From the NCBI GenBank assembly GCA_902544525.1, contig CACCCN010000002.1:17416-81415 (forward strand): a stretch of DNA of 64,000 nucleotides, written 5' to 3'. The stretch is from an uncultured Pelagibacteraceae bacterium. GTDB lineage: Bacteria > Pseudomonadota > Alphaproteobacteria > Pelagibacterales > AG-422-B15. A model generated the notes under the pieces. It was not told the DNA's origin and made no database searches. It saw nothing but the letters and a program-made list of their open reading frames with translations. Both the position numbers and the translations under genes were made by a program. This document shows positions 1 to 9,356 of this stretch, in pieces. Position 1 is the first letter of the stretch. The number at the start of each line of letters is the position of its first letter.

Positions 1-235
1 TAAAAAATATTGAGGATAAAATTGTATCGTGTAACACGATATTTTTAGAATAATTATTAGGAAACAAACATCGATAAGCAGAAACAATAAACAAAATTTG
101 TGCTGGTATTAGTAGATAAGGATCAACATTGGCTAATTGTGTTTGTTGAGTTTTTAAAAGAAAATATATATTTAAGATTGCTCCTAATTTTATACCCCAT
201 AAACAATACTTATAAGTTGATGAATTAAACAACAT
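1..235 (-). CDS. hypothetical membrane protein, 5' part only (runs off window edge)
   Basis: ATG at 235 on minus strand, frame open to position 2. Hand translation MLFNSSTYKYCLWGIKLGAILNIYFLLK... is hydrophobic. Absent from ORF track because it is edge-truncated. Confidence 0.35.
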   Translation of the reverse strand, partial: MLFNSSTYKYCLWGIKLGAILNIYFLLKTQQTQLANVDPYLLIPAQILFIVSAYRCLFPNNYSKNIVLHDTILSSIFF

Positions 236-340
236 TAGTATCTACCTCTTGTTTTTTTCTTATATAATTCTATTTAATGTTGCTTACATATGATAGATCC
301 AATACTATCAAGTCAATAACTAAGATTTTTAGGAGAAAAT

Positions 341-940
341 ATGGCCCTTGAATTACCTAACTTGCCCTACGCCCATGATGCGCTTGCTGACGCTGGAATG
401 AGTAAGGAAACCCTTGAATTTCATCATGATTTACATCACAAAGCTTATGTCGATAACGGTAACAAATTACTTGCTGGTACAGATTGGGAGTCTAAAAGCT
501 TAGAAGAAATTATCGTTGGTACATTTGATGCTAACGCAAAGGCTCAAAATGGAATTTTTAATAATGTATCTCAACATTGGAACCATAATCAATTTTGGGA
601 AATGATGGGACCTAATAATCATGCTATGCCAAGTGAACTTGAGTCTGCGCTAACTGAGTCTTTTGGAAGCATAGACAAATTTAAAGAAGAATTCGTTGCC
701 GCTGGTGTGGGGCAATTTGGAAGTGGTTGGTGCTGGTTAGTAAAAGATACTGATGATCAACTAAAAATTACAAAGACAGAAAATGGGGTAAATCCACTTT
801 GTTTCAATCAAAAGACATTATTAGGCTGTGATGTTTGGGAACACTCATATTACTTAGACTTTAGAAATAAGAGGCCTGTCTATATTATGAACTTTCTCGA
901 TAAACTTGTTAACTGGGAGTTTGTCGCTTCTCAACTCTAA
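341..940 (+). CDS. sodB: Fe/Mn superoxide dismutase
   Basis: LPYAHDAL, FHHDLHHKAYV and DVWEHSYYLDFRNKRP motifs. AGGAG Shine-Dalgarno at 331-335. Confidence 0.95.
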   Translation: MALELPNLPYAHDALADAGMSKETLEFHHDLHHKAYVDNGNKLLAGTDWESKSLEEIIVGTFDANAKAQNGIFNNVSQHWNHNQFWEMMGPNNHAMPSELESALTESFGSIDKFKEEFVAAGVGQFGSGWCWLVKDTDDQLKITKTENGVNPLCFNQKTLLGCDVWEHSYYLDFRNKRPVYIMNFLDKLVNWEFVASQL

Positions 941-944
941 ACAT

Positions 945-1643
945 TTATTTATATTTTTTTCTCATATTCATAGCTGCTTCCATACCAGATACTGGCTCTT
1001 TGCCATTAGGCACCGTATTACCCTTTTTTACTATTTCTTCGTATGGCACTCCACTTTTGTACATTTCGTAAAGTCTCTCTATATCCATATTAGTGCCAAC
1101 AGGTTCTTCAGGAAAACCTCTAGTCCCAACCTCAGTTCTAAACTCTTCTTCATTTCTCCAATGTTCATAAAATATTTCGACTAAATTTCCGTCTGGATCC
1201 CTATAATAAATTCCACTAATCCAGCCGTGATTAATTGTCCAATATGGTTCAAGACCTCTGTCTTTTGCTCTAAAATAAAAATCAAACCACTTGTCTATTG
1301 GATTTAGTTTATAAGAAATATGATCCAGACCCACAATTGAAGGGGTTGCTCGATTGATCCAGTTCTTAAACTTAATAACAGTTTTGGGCACAAATCCTAA
1401 TCCATCATAAATAGAGCGAGTATTTGCAATTGCAATTCTATGATGTTCTTCATCAAAGGACATAAAAGTAATTTCTTTACTTTGGTACATTGGCTTACAA
1501 CTGAATAAATTTTGGTAAAAGTTTACCATTTTATCATAATTCATAGTTTTGAATGAAACATGATGAAATAAATCAGGTGCATCTTCAGATCTATATTTTT
1601 TGTACAGATCTAAGTTAAGCACAACTTCGTTATTTTTTGACAT
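945..1643 (-). CDS. VOC (glyoxalase/extradiol dioxygenase fold) family protein
   Basis: Two beta-alpha-beta-beta-beta-like modules with HHVSF.. and LDHISY.. metal-ligand-type motifs. Last gene of the minus-strand membrane protein-sulfatase-VOC unit. Confidence 0.6.
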   Translation of the reverse strand: MSKNNEVVLNLDLYKKYRSEDAPDLFHHVSFKTMNYDKMVNFYQNLFSCKPMYQSKEITFMSFDEEHHRIAIANTRSIYDGLGFVPKTVIKFKNWINRATPSIVGLDHISYKLNPIDKWFDFYFRAKDRGLEPYWTINHGWISGIYYRDPDGNLVEIFYEHWRNEEEFRTEVGTRGFPEEPVGTNMDIERLYEMYKSGVPYEEIVKKGNTVPNGKEPVSGMEAAMNMRKKYK

Positions 1644-1660
1644 ATTTTTTCCTTTCTAGT

Positions 1661-3367
1661 TTAAGTAGTCCAAAACCAATCAGGTCCTGGCAAATGGAGA
1701 ATATGGTTTTCTAAGCCTATTTCTTTATCAGTTAATTTATTTAATTTATCATTCATGCTCATCAGTAAATCCTTATTGTTTTCAGTTTTAGATATATCAT
1801 GCATTTCATATGGGTCATTTAAAAGGTCATACAATTGAAAGCTTGTATTATTATTTGATAACTCGGCAAAAGTATTTGGAATATTATTTTCACGTGGTGA
1901 GAAATATCTTATAAATTTGTATCTTTTATCAACAACACCTTTGTAATTTAGAGGAGGTGAAAAATCGGGAAGAAAATTTCCTTTTGTAGCAAATGCTTTA
2001 AATTTATCTATTAGGCTATCAGCAAGACCGATGTGTCTAAATTTCTCTGCAACATTAAAAACAGTTGGAATAATTTGAACACCATGAATTAAATGTCCCT
2101 CATTATCTCTATTATTTTTATGATCAACATTTTCTACCATATTAACAAAACTTGTTCCTTTTAGTTCCGGATAATTTGTATTAATTGTGTCTTTATCTAA
2201 ACCAGAAAATTCTAATATAGTTGGGACAAGATCAATATTGGAGATAATTGATTCACATTTTTGCTGTTTTTTTAGGTCTGGATGGTAAATTAGCGTTGGT
2301 ACTCTTATTGATTCTTCCCAAGGCACTAATTTGCCTCTTGCTCCTTGCTGTCCCAGCATTTCTCCATGATCTGAAACCATAAATATTATTGTATTCTCTA
2401 ATTGTTTAGAGCTTTTTAAAGCATTTATAAGAGACATCATGTGACGATCGACATCCCTTAAGCAATTAAAATAATAATTACAAAAATTTCTCCACAAATC
2501 TGTTCGTGAATATGGTATTTCGCCATAAACGGTATTCATGATTTCAGTACCAGCGTTACCTACATCAAGATCTCTAGGTCCAAAATTTAATGGAAATTCA
2601 AAATCATGTATTTCATCATAAATTTGATCCTGAGGTGCGAATTTTTGATGATCACCTATAAAACCTGTACCTTTAATTTCTGCTGATGCTCTAAAGAACA
2701 TAATATCATGTGGATTTACGAAATTTATAAATGCTGACCAAGATTTATTTTGATCTTTCTTTTCATGAATAAATTTTGAAGCATCCTTAGCAGTTAACCC
2801 ATCAAATTTATATCCCCCTTGACCTAAATCTCTCTCACCTGGTTGGTTTGAATTATCAAATCCATACTTGTTAAACATTTTTTTCATTCCATCATAACCA
2901 AGGGCATTTTCATTTACATTACTCTCTGTAATATTGGTCAAATGCCATTTACCAAAATAACCTGTTTCATAATTTTGATTTCTAAGTAAATGTCCAATTG
3001 TATTTACATTGTCATACAGACCTGGCACCCAAGGTGTTACTGTATTATCCCAAACGCCAGTAAATTGAACATGTTGGCCTGTATAAACTGAGCTTCTAGC
3101 GGGTGAGCAAATTGGAGTAGAAGTATAAGACCTATTAAAATAAGTTGAAATACTCTGAAGAAATCTTCTTGCTGGTAGATCTACACTTTTAGGAATATAC
3201 GGCCATGCTCTTTCTTGGTCATTTAAAATAAATAAAATATTCGGCTTCCTGTTTAATTTTATACTAGCTGGCGCTTGTTGAGTTAGAAGTATAGATGACA
3301 TTCCAGTAAGTGCTGCAGTAGCAATTGAGCTTTTAATAAACGATCTTCTTGATATTTTTTTACTCAT
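1661..3367 (-). CDS. type I sulfatase, Tat-exported
   Basis: Twin-arginine signal SRRSFIKSSIATAALTG. Formylglycine motif CSPARSS. SDHGEMLG and NPHD sulfatase motifs. Confidence 0.85.
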   Translation of the reverse strand: MSKKISRRSFIKSSIATAALTGMSSILLTQQAPASIKLNRKPNILFILNDQERAWPYIPKSVDLPARRFLQSISTYFNRSYTSTPICSPARSSVYTGQHVQFTGVWDNTVTPWVPGLYDNVNTIGHLLRNQNYETGYFGKWHLTNITESNVNENALGYDGMKKMFNKYGFDNSNQPGERDLGQGGYKFDGLTAKDASKFIHEKKDQNKSWSAFINFVNPHDIMFFRASAEIKGTGFIGDHQKFAPQDQIYDEIHDFEFPLNFGPRDLDVGNAGTEIMNTVYGEIPYSRTDLWRNFCNYYFNCLRDVDRHMMSLINALKSSKQLENTIIFMVSDHGEMLGQQGARGKLVPWEESIRVPTLIYHPDLKKQQKCESIISNIDLVPTILEFSGLDKDTINTNYPELKGTSFVNMVENVDHKNNRDNEGHLIHGVQIIPTVFNVAEKFRHIGLADSLIDKFKAFATKGNFLPDFSPPLNYKGVVDKRYKFIRYFSPRENNIPNTFAELSNNNTSFQLYDLLNDPYEMHDISKTENNKDLLMSMNDKLNKLTDKEIGLENHILHLPGPDWFWTT

Positions 3368-3370
3368 AAA

Positions 3371-3886
3371 TTAATTCTCTAAGAAAAAATATATGCTACA
3401 TATAACAATAATAGTTGGTAAAACTAGGTTATGGGCATTTTCGTCGATTTTATATGTTTTGATTTCATTATTTATTTTAAATGGAAAATGTTTTTGTTTG
3501 CCAGGAATAACTCTTAGCTTTTCCCCAAATGTATATAAGAAAGGTTTTCTTCCACCCTTATCAGATAGAGTCCCATTATAAATTGGCATTGATATTGCAG
3601 TAATAATAAATGTCCCGATAAATGTAAAATACCAAAAAAGCCAAAAATATAACTGATAGGGATAATAAAAATCAGGTATATATAGCCACAAGATCACTAA
3701 ATTCATTATTGCAATTGGATAAAATCCTAAAACTTGCCAAACAACATGAAAACGAGCATGTCCTGGCCAGTCAGGATGGGTTGCATGAGTTTTATTAAAG
3801 TCTGCAATAGTTGGTCCCAAAACTAATCCTATAGAAATAACTGTAAAAATTATTCTACAAACTAAATTTGCATCATACAATTCCAC
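3371..3886 (-). CDS. hypothetical polytopic membrane protein
   Basis: Several hydrophobic segments and a His-rich THATHPDWPGHARFH motif. GTG start. 3-nt gap to the sulfatase gene. Confidence 0.5.
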   Translation of the reverse strand: MELYDANLVCRIIFTVISIGLVLGPTIADFNKTHATHPDWPGHARFHVVWQVLGFYPIAIMNLVILWLYIPDFYYPYQLYFWLFWYFTFIGTFIITAISMPIYNGTLSDKGGRKPFLYTFGEKLRVIPGKQKHFPFKINNEIKTYKIDENAHNLVLPTIIVICSIYFFLEN

Positions 3887-3917
3887 AGATCAGAAACCTC
3901 AATAAAATATTATAAAT

Positions 3918-3941
3918 TAAATTGAGACTACTCTCATTTTA
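3918..3941. promoter_or_regulatory. candidate TetR operator 1 (imperfect palindrome TAAATTGAGActacTCTCATTTTA)
   Basis: Inverted repeat in the 71-nt divergent gap between 3886 (minus) and tetR 3958 (plus). Nearly identical to the site at 8349-8368. Confidence 0.6.
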
Positions 3942-3957
3942 GTATAGTGTAAATACT

Positions 3958-4542
3958 ATGAATAAGTTTTTTCAAAATAAAGAAAACCATTCGTCAAAGA
4001 AAAATAGAACTAGAGCCGCAATTATAGATGGTGCAATTGAGGTGTTGGCTAAAAAAGGTTTTCAGAATGCTTCGATAAGAGAAATGACTGAAAAAGCAGG
4101 TATTGCTAATGGTACTTTTTATAACCATTATAAAGATAGAAGAAGTATTTTTGATGAAGTTGGAAAATTAATTGCGATTGAACTCACAAATGCTATTGAA
4201 ATAAACGAAATTACAACAAAAGACCCAGCTCAAAAAATTATTAATGCTACTACTCATTTTATAAAAAGATCAGTACAAGTAAAAGCCTGGGGTAATATAT
4301 TTTTAGAAGCGTATGAGGAAATACCCATGATTAAAAAAGAGGTATCAAGGTATTTAATTAGAGATATAAAGAATGGAATTAAAAAAAAGTTGTTCAAAAT
4401 AAAGTATGATGATTTTATTGTCGAACAAATAAACGTGCTTATTTTACACGCTATAAGAATACAATTAAAAACAGGTCAGGACATTAAAATTACAAATAAA
4501 ACAAGTAATTCCATATTACATTTATTAAATTATCAAAGGTAG
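3958..4542 (+). CDS. TetR/AcrR family transcriptional regulator
   Basis: N-terminal HTH (RAAIIDGAIEVLAKKGFQNASIREMTEKAGIANGTFYNHY) typical of the TetR family. Confidence 0.85.
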   Translation: MNKFFQNKENHSSKKNRTRAAIIDGAIEVLAKKGFQNASIREMTEKAGIANGTFYNHYKDRRSIFDEVGKLIAIELTNAIEINEITTKDPAQKIINATTHFIKRSVQVKAWGNIFLEAYEEIPMIKKEVSRYLIRDIKNGIKKKLFKIKYDDFIVEQINVLILHAIRIQLKTGQDIKITNKTSNSILHLLNYQR

Positions 4543-4551
4543 GATCAAGTT

Positions 4552-5445
4552 ATGAAATTAGTCACATTTTTACATGAGGGTATTCAAAAAATTGGTGCAG
4601 TTGTTGACGATCAGATTATTGATTTTTCTACATCACATCTCCCTAAATCAATGATTGAATTTATAGAGCTTGGTGATGATGGTTTAAATCAAGCAAATGC
4701 ATTAATTGCCAAAAATGATAGTAAAATTTCAATTAATGACGTGAAATTAATGGCTCCTATTCCAAAACCAAACAAAATACTTGGTGTAGGATTAAATTAT
4801 AAAGCACATAAGGAAGAAGCAGCAAAAGCAGCTGCAGACTTGTTAGGTAAACCACAAGAAAAATACCCGACCATATTCAATAAACAAAATTCATCTGTAG
4901 TGGGTCCATATGATGACATGCATAAACCAGATGCCTCAGATTTTTTTGATTATGAAGGGGAATTAGGTTTTGTAATTGGAAAACAGTGTAGACATGTACC
5001 ATACGACAAGGCTTCTAGTGTTATATATGGTTATACAGTAGTAAATGATGCTACAATTAGAGACTGGCAAATGCGTGGTCCGCCTATGACAATGACTATG
5101 GGAAAATCATGGGATACACATTGTCCATTTGGCCCTTACTTAGTAACCAGCGATGAAGTTAGTAATCCTCATCAGTTAAAATTAGAAACCCACGTTAATG
5201 GTGAATTAAGACAATCTGCAAGCACAGATGGTCTAATACATGACTGTTTTACAGTTGTTGAATATTTAAGCACCGCTTTTACATTGGAACCGGGCGATTT
5301 AATTGCTACTGGTACACCAGAAGGGGTTGCTGCTACGTCAAGAAACTGGTTAAAAGTTGGCGATGTGGTGAAAGTGTCCATTGAAAAACTCGGATTTATT
5401 GAGAATAAAGTAATAGCCGAGCCTAATAGTACTGCTTCTTACTAG
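4552..5445 (+). CDS. fumarylacetoacetate hydrolase (FAH) family protein
   Basis: GVGLNYKAH and DYEGELGFVIGK motifs, C-terminal TGTPEGV. 9-nt gap after tetR. Confidence 0.85.
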   Translation: MKLVTFLHEGIQKIGAVVDDQIIDFSTSHLPKSMIEFIELGDDGLNQANALIAKNDSKISINDVKLMAPIPKPNKILGVGLNYKAHKEEAAKAAADLLGKPQEKYPTIFNKQNSSVVGPYDDMHKPDASDFFDYEGELGFVIGKQCRHVPYDKASSVIYGYTVVNDATIRDWQMRGPPMTMTMGKSWDTHCPFGPYLVTSDEVSNPHQLKLETHVNGELRQSASTDGLIHDCFTVVEYLSTAFTLEPGDLIATGTPEGVAATSRNWLKVGDVVKVSIEKLGFIENKVIAEPNSTASY

Positions 5446-5456
5446 ATTAATAAGAG

Positions 5457-7055
5457 ATGGATACTGATTATAGTGTAATAGTTGCAGGATATGGCCCTGT
5501 AGGTGCGTGTGCAGCAAACTTACTTGGGTACTATAAAATTAAGTCTCTTGTAATTGACAAAGAAAAAGAAATATACACCCTACCTAGAGCAATTACCTGG
5601 GATGATGAGTGCAGGCGCATAATTGTACCTTGTAATTTTGCAGATAAGATAGAAATAAGAAAAATTCGTGGAATTGATCATATTAATGGAAAAGGCGAGA
5701 GCTTCCTCAAAATACGTATGGCTGAGGAAGATAGATATGAATATCAAGTTGGACCAACATTTATGTATCAGCCTGAATTCGAAAAAGCATTCAGAGACAA
5801 TGCTGAAACCTACGACACTAACCAATTCAAGTTAGGATTTGAAGTTTTATCTTATGAAGAAAATAAAGAGTGTATCAATGTAGAAATCAAAAATTTAGAT
5901 ACTAATACAGTTCAGCATGTCACAACTAAATATCTCATTGGGGCCGATGGAGCAAATAGTATCATAAGAAAGAAAATGGGTGTCAAATATAAGAGCTTTA
6001 AGTATGACGAGCCATGGATGTGTGTTGATGGTTTTTCAAATGAAAACTTGGAATGCTTCAAAGATGTTGATGCTTTTCAAATTTGTGATCCAAAAAGGTC
6101 TCTTACAATAATTAATTCTGTAAATAACAAATTTAGATTTGAAATCATGATTATGCCAGATGATGATCTAAATGAAATTCAGAAAGAAGAAGTATTTTAT
6201 CCTTTTATAGCAAAGTATCTTAAAAATAGAAAATTTACCTTTACTAGAAAGGCTATTTATACATTTCATTCAACTTCAGTTGATAGATGGAGTAAAAATA
6301 ATGTATTTTTGGTTGGAGATGCCGCTCATCAGATGCCTCCGTTTATGGGACAAGGAATGAACTCAGGAATGAGAGATGTAGAAAATTTATTATGGAAGTT
6401 AAGTGGAGTAATTTCTGAAAAATATAGCCCGAGTATACTTAAAAGTTATGAAACCGAGAGAAAATACCATGCAGAAAAGATTATCAAAGCTTCCATTGCA
6501 ATGGGTAACATTATTATGACACCAAGCCCACTTAAGGCTTTTTTTAGAGATATTGGAATTAAAATTAAATCTTTAACAAAGAAAGGTAAACGAAGTTTTT
6601 ATCCTGGTTATTCTGGAATTCGACTTGGTGATGGATTACATAATCATCCATCAGAAAGAAGTCATATATTTAGATATTATTTTCCATCAATATTGTTAGG
6701 AGACGAAAGTAATAAAACAACAGATGATCTTCTGCAGAAAAATTTTGGTATTATATTAAATAACTTCAATAAGGACGTTTCGATCTCTAAAAATAATTGC
6801 AATATATTAAATAAAATCGATTTTCGGATACTTAATTTCTCAAAAGACTACATGAAAAGTAATTATTCTTATTTTAATTGCTTTAAAACTAGTGGCAGAG
6901 ATCTAGAAACTTATTTTAATCACTTTGAATGTGACGCTGTCTTATTGAGGCCTGATAAATATATCTTTGATATAATTAATTTTGACGATAATGACAATCT
7001 AGATCAAATTATATCTGATGTAATTATACAATTAAAAAGTAAAGAAATTTTATAA
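5457..7055 (+). CDS. FAD-dependent aromatic-ring monooxygenase (MhpA/PheA-like, with C-terminal extension)
   Basis: GYGPVGA dinucleotide fold, GADGANSIIRK, GDAAHQMPPFMGQGMNSGMRD. Confidence 0.85.
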   Translation: MDTDYSVIVAGYGPVGACAANLLGYYKIKSLVIDKEKEIYTLPRAITWDDECRRIIVPCNFADKIEIRKIRGIDHINGKGESFLKIRMAEEDRYEYQVGPTFMYQPEFEKAFRDNAETYDTNQFKLGFEVLSYEENKECINVEIKNLDTNTVQHVTTKYLIGADGANSIIRKKMGVKYKSFKYDEPWMCVDGFSNENLECFKDVDAFQICDPKRSLTIINSVNNKFRFEIMIMPDDDLNEIQKEEVFYPFIAKYLKNRKFTFTRKAIYTFHSTSVDRWSKNNVFLVGDAAHQMPPFMGQGMNSGMRDVENLLWKLSGVISEKYSPSILKSYETERKYHAEKIIKASIAMGNIIMTPSPLKAFFRDIGIKIKSLTKKGKRSFYPGYSGIRLGDGLHNHPSERSHIFRYYFPSILLGDESNKTTDDLLQKNFGIILNNFNKDVSISKNNCNILNKIDFRILNFSKDYMKSNYSYFNCFKTSGRDLETYFNHFECDAVLLRPDKYIFDIINFDDNDNLDQIISDVIIQLKSKEIL

Positions 7056-7955
7056 TTTAATTGTTTGGTAATAAGATATTAGAGTCTTATTGTTTTCAAG
7101 TTCAAACGCGAGGTTAGCTTTTCCAGCTCTAATTTCGTCAGATGTATAGTCTAATAATGCCGATTGATAACTATCCCTTTTTTTCAATCGTTCAAAATAA
7201 TTTTTTAAATTATTTTTATTATCAAAAAAGTAATCTATTAAATAAACTTCACTCAAACGATGAAATAGAACCATCCAAGTAATATCTGCTAAACTAAAAT
7301 TTTCACCATCAATCCAGACTTTTCCCTCGAGGTGAGTATCCAATTCTTTAAAATGGTTATTGAGACTCAGACTTGCGAATTTAATAATTTTAAATATTGG
7401 TGAACCTTTTTTAAAGACTCTGTATGCAAGTAATTTGAATGCTAAAAATTTTGAAGACCTAAATCTATCAGGATGTTTATATAGATATTTAATATATTTA
7501 TAAATTGATATATTTTTAAGCATTGCAACGAATAGAGGGACTGTAAATATTGATATGCAATTGCCCGCATACTTATCTAGATTTTTATCTGGCTCTCCAA
7601 TTAATGATCCTTTTTCTATCCAATAGCTCACTAAATTGTTCTGACTAAGTTTTTTTGAACTATGTTTTTCAAGATAAGCAATTTGCTCATGGGACTCATA
7701 TATGGGTTTACCGTAATGAAGTAAGACTGGTACAGTAGCTTTAGGATTTATCTTAAGAAATTCTTTTGTTAAATTTTCACAATCTTTTGTTTCCATAATA
7801 TGAATATGTTTTAATTGTACTTTTACACATAGCTCATCTATACATACCCGTGCTTTTCTTGAACAAACAGAGAAATTATTGTGATATAAAATCCATTCTA
7901 CGTTTGTGTCTAAGATTTTATAATCCTGTAGGCCCGACAATTCAGTATTTTGCAT
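7050..7955 (-). CDS. glutathione S-transferase-like protein (long form)
   Basis: Thioredoxin-like N domain (FSVCSRKARV..., ATVPVLLHYGKPIYESHEQIAYL) and helical C domain. Confidence 0.6.
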   Translation of the reverse strand: MQNTELSGLQDYKILDTNVEWILYHNNFSVCSRKARVCIDELCVKVQLKHIHIMETKDCENLTKEFLKINPKATVPVLLHYGKPIYESHEQIAYLEKHSSKKLSQNNLVSYWIEKGSLIGEPDKNLDKYAGNCISIFTVPLFVAMLKNISIYKYIKYLYKHPDRFRSSKFLAFKLLAYRVFKKGSPIFKIIKFASLSLNNHFKELDTHLEGKVWIDGENFSLADITWMVLFHRLSEVYLIDYFFDNKNNLKNYFERLKKRDSYQSALLDYTSDEIRAGKANLAFELENNKTLISYYQTIKL

Positions 7956-7957
7956 AT

Positions 7958-8341
7958 TTACTTTGACTCTTGGTCAATCTCAGCACAGATATCATTTAGT
8001 ATTTGATTTGCGCTAACTCCAGTTGGAAATCCACTGTAATGTGCAACATGCAAAATCATTTCTTCAATTTTTTCCTTAGATACACCAAGGTTTAAAGCAC
8101 CTCTAATGTGTATTTTCAATTCATTTTCTCGATTTAATGCAACTAAAACAGCTACCGTAATTAGACTTCTTTCAGGCAAACTTATAATATCATCGCGAGA
8201 CCAAATACTTCCATATAAAGCATCAATAATGTGTGCCATAAAATCTCTTGAAATAGGTTTATCACTACTTTTTAACAAATCCATTTCTTCAAGAATTTTC
8301 ATTCCTTTTTTTCGATTATCTTTATCTATTTTATAGGCCAT
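7958..8341 (-). CDS. carboxymuconolactone decarboxylase (AhpD-like) family protein
   Basis: About 125 aa with RSLITVAVLVALNRENELKIHIRGALNLGVSKEEI..H..YSGFP, the typical CMD pattern. Confidence 0.75.
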   Translation of the reverse strand: MAYKIDKDNRKKGMKILEEMDLLKSSDKPISRDFMAHIIDALYGSIWSRDDIISLPERSLITVAVLVALNRENELKIHIRGALNLGVSKEKIEEMILHVAHYSGFPTGVSANQILNDICAEIDQESK

Positions 8342-8348
8342 AATTATT

Positions 8349-8368
8349 AAATGAGACTAATCTCATTT
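8349..8368. promoter_or_regulatory. candidate TetR operator 2 (perfect 8+8 palindrome AAATGAGActaaTCTCATTT)
   Basis: Lies 8 nt upstream of the CMD-GST operon start. Shares the TGAGACTA-N-TCTCATTTT core with the site at 3918-3941. Confidence 0.6.
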
Positions 8369-8414
8369 TGTTATTTGATCAATAGATGAATCTAATTTCA
8401 TAAAAAATAAATAG

Positions 8415-9323
8415 TTATCTGCTTTTATTACTTTGTAAGTAAGGAATAGCTACTTCAGATATACCTGCGGCAAGAATTAGAAGGCTTCCTACCCCCTCTC
8501 TCCAACCAAACATCTCATTAGCAAAAAGTGCTGCACTAGCAGTACCAACAACAATTTCTGATAGGATAATTATTGAGTATAATCCAGCACCGATAATGCT
8601 TGGTGACCATAATATAACAATATTAGTAGGAATTAAGAAAACTAAACTTATCAAAACAAGCCAAGGTAACATGGTAAGCAATGATTCATATGAGGGTATT
8701 GGTCCCATTACATTTCCAAATAGTATTGCAAAGATTACTGTAACTAAACCCCCAAAAAAGAAAAACGAAAGCAATAGAGAAAAAATATTTTTTGGCTGAA
8801 TAATATCTGTTCGAACTGCTCCACCTGCAAAAAGCATACCCCCAATTATCGCAACCCAGTCACCAACGTTTTGAGGAAATGGAAATGAAAAACCCTGACT
8901 AAATACAATCCATACACCAGATAGTGCAAGAATTAAACTAACTCCTCTACCCCAGTGAATTTTCTGTCTCAAAAATATTAATTCAAAGATAGTTGCCCAC
9001 ACAGGGGTCATATAAAAAAGAATTAAGGCTCTTACAACATCGGTTAATAAAAAACTATTCGCATAGAATGCTATTCCTCCACCCATCAACAAACCAATAA
9101 ATGGATAATCAAGTCCAAATGATTTTCCATCTAGTTTTCTGTATAGTGCAAATGGAAGCATAATTAAAAAAGGAACATACATTTGTGCAATAGATGCCCA
9201 TCCACCAGTTAAACCATTAGATTCAAACGCTCTTTGTGGTATCCAAAATAAACCCCAAGAGCCTGCAGCAATAAGTAGTGCAAAACAAATAGTTAAATAA
9301 TAGGGATGTGTTTTCATTAACAA
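8415..9323 (-). CDS. DMT/EamA family transporter
   Basis: About 10 predicted TM helices in two EamA-like halves. Confidence 0.8.
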   Translation of the reverse strand: MLMKTHPYYLTICFALLIAAGSWGLFWIPQRAFESNGLTGGWASIAQMYVPFLIMLPFALYRKLDGKSFGLDYPFIGLLMGGGIAFYANSFLLTDVVRALILFYMTPVWATIFELIFLRQKIHWGRGVSLILALSGVWIVFSQGFSFPFPQNVGDWVAIIGGMLFAGGAVRTDIIQPKNIFSLLLSFFFFGGLVTVIFAILFGNVMGPIPSYESLLTMLPWLVLISLVFLIPTNIVILWSPSIIGAGLYSIIILSEIVVGTASAALFANEMFGWREGVGSLLILAAGISEVAIPYLQSNKSR

Positions 9324-9356
9324 ATATAAGATTGAAAATAATATTAATAGTGAAAG

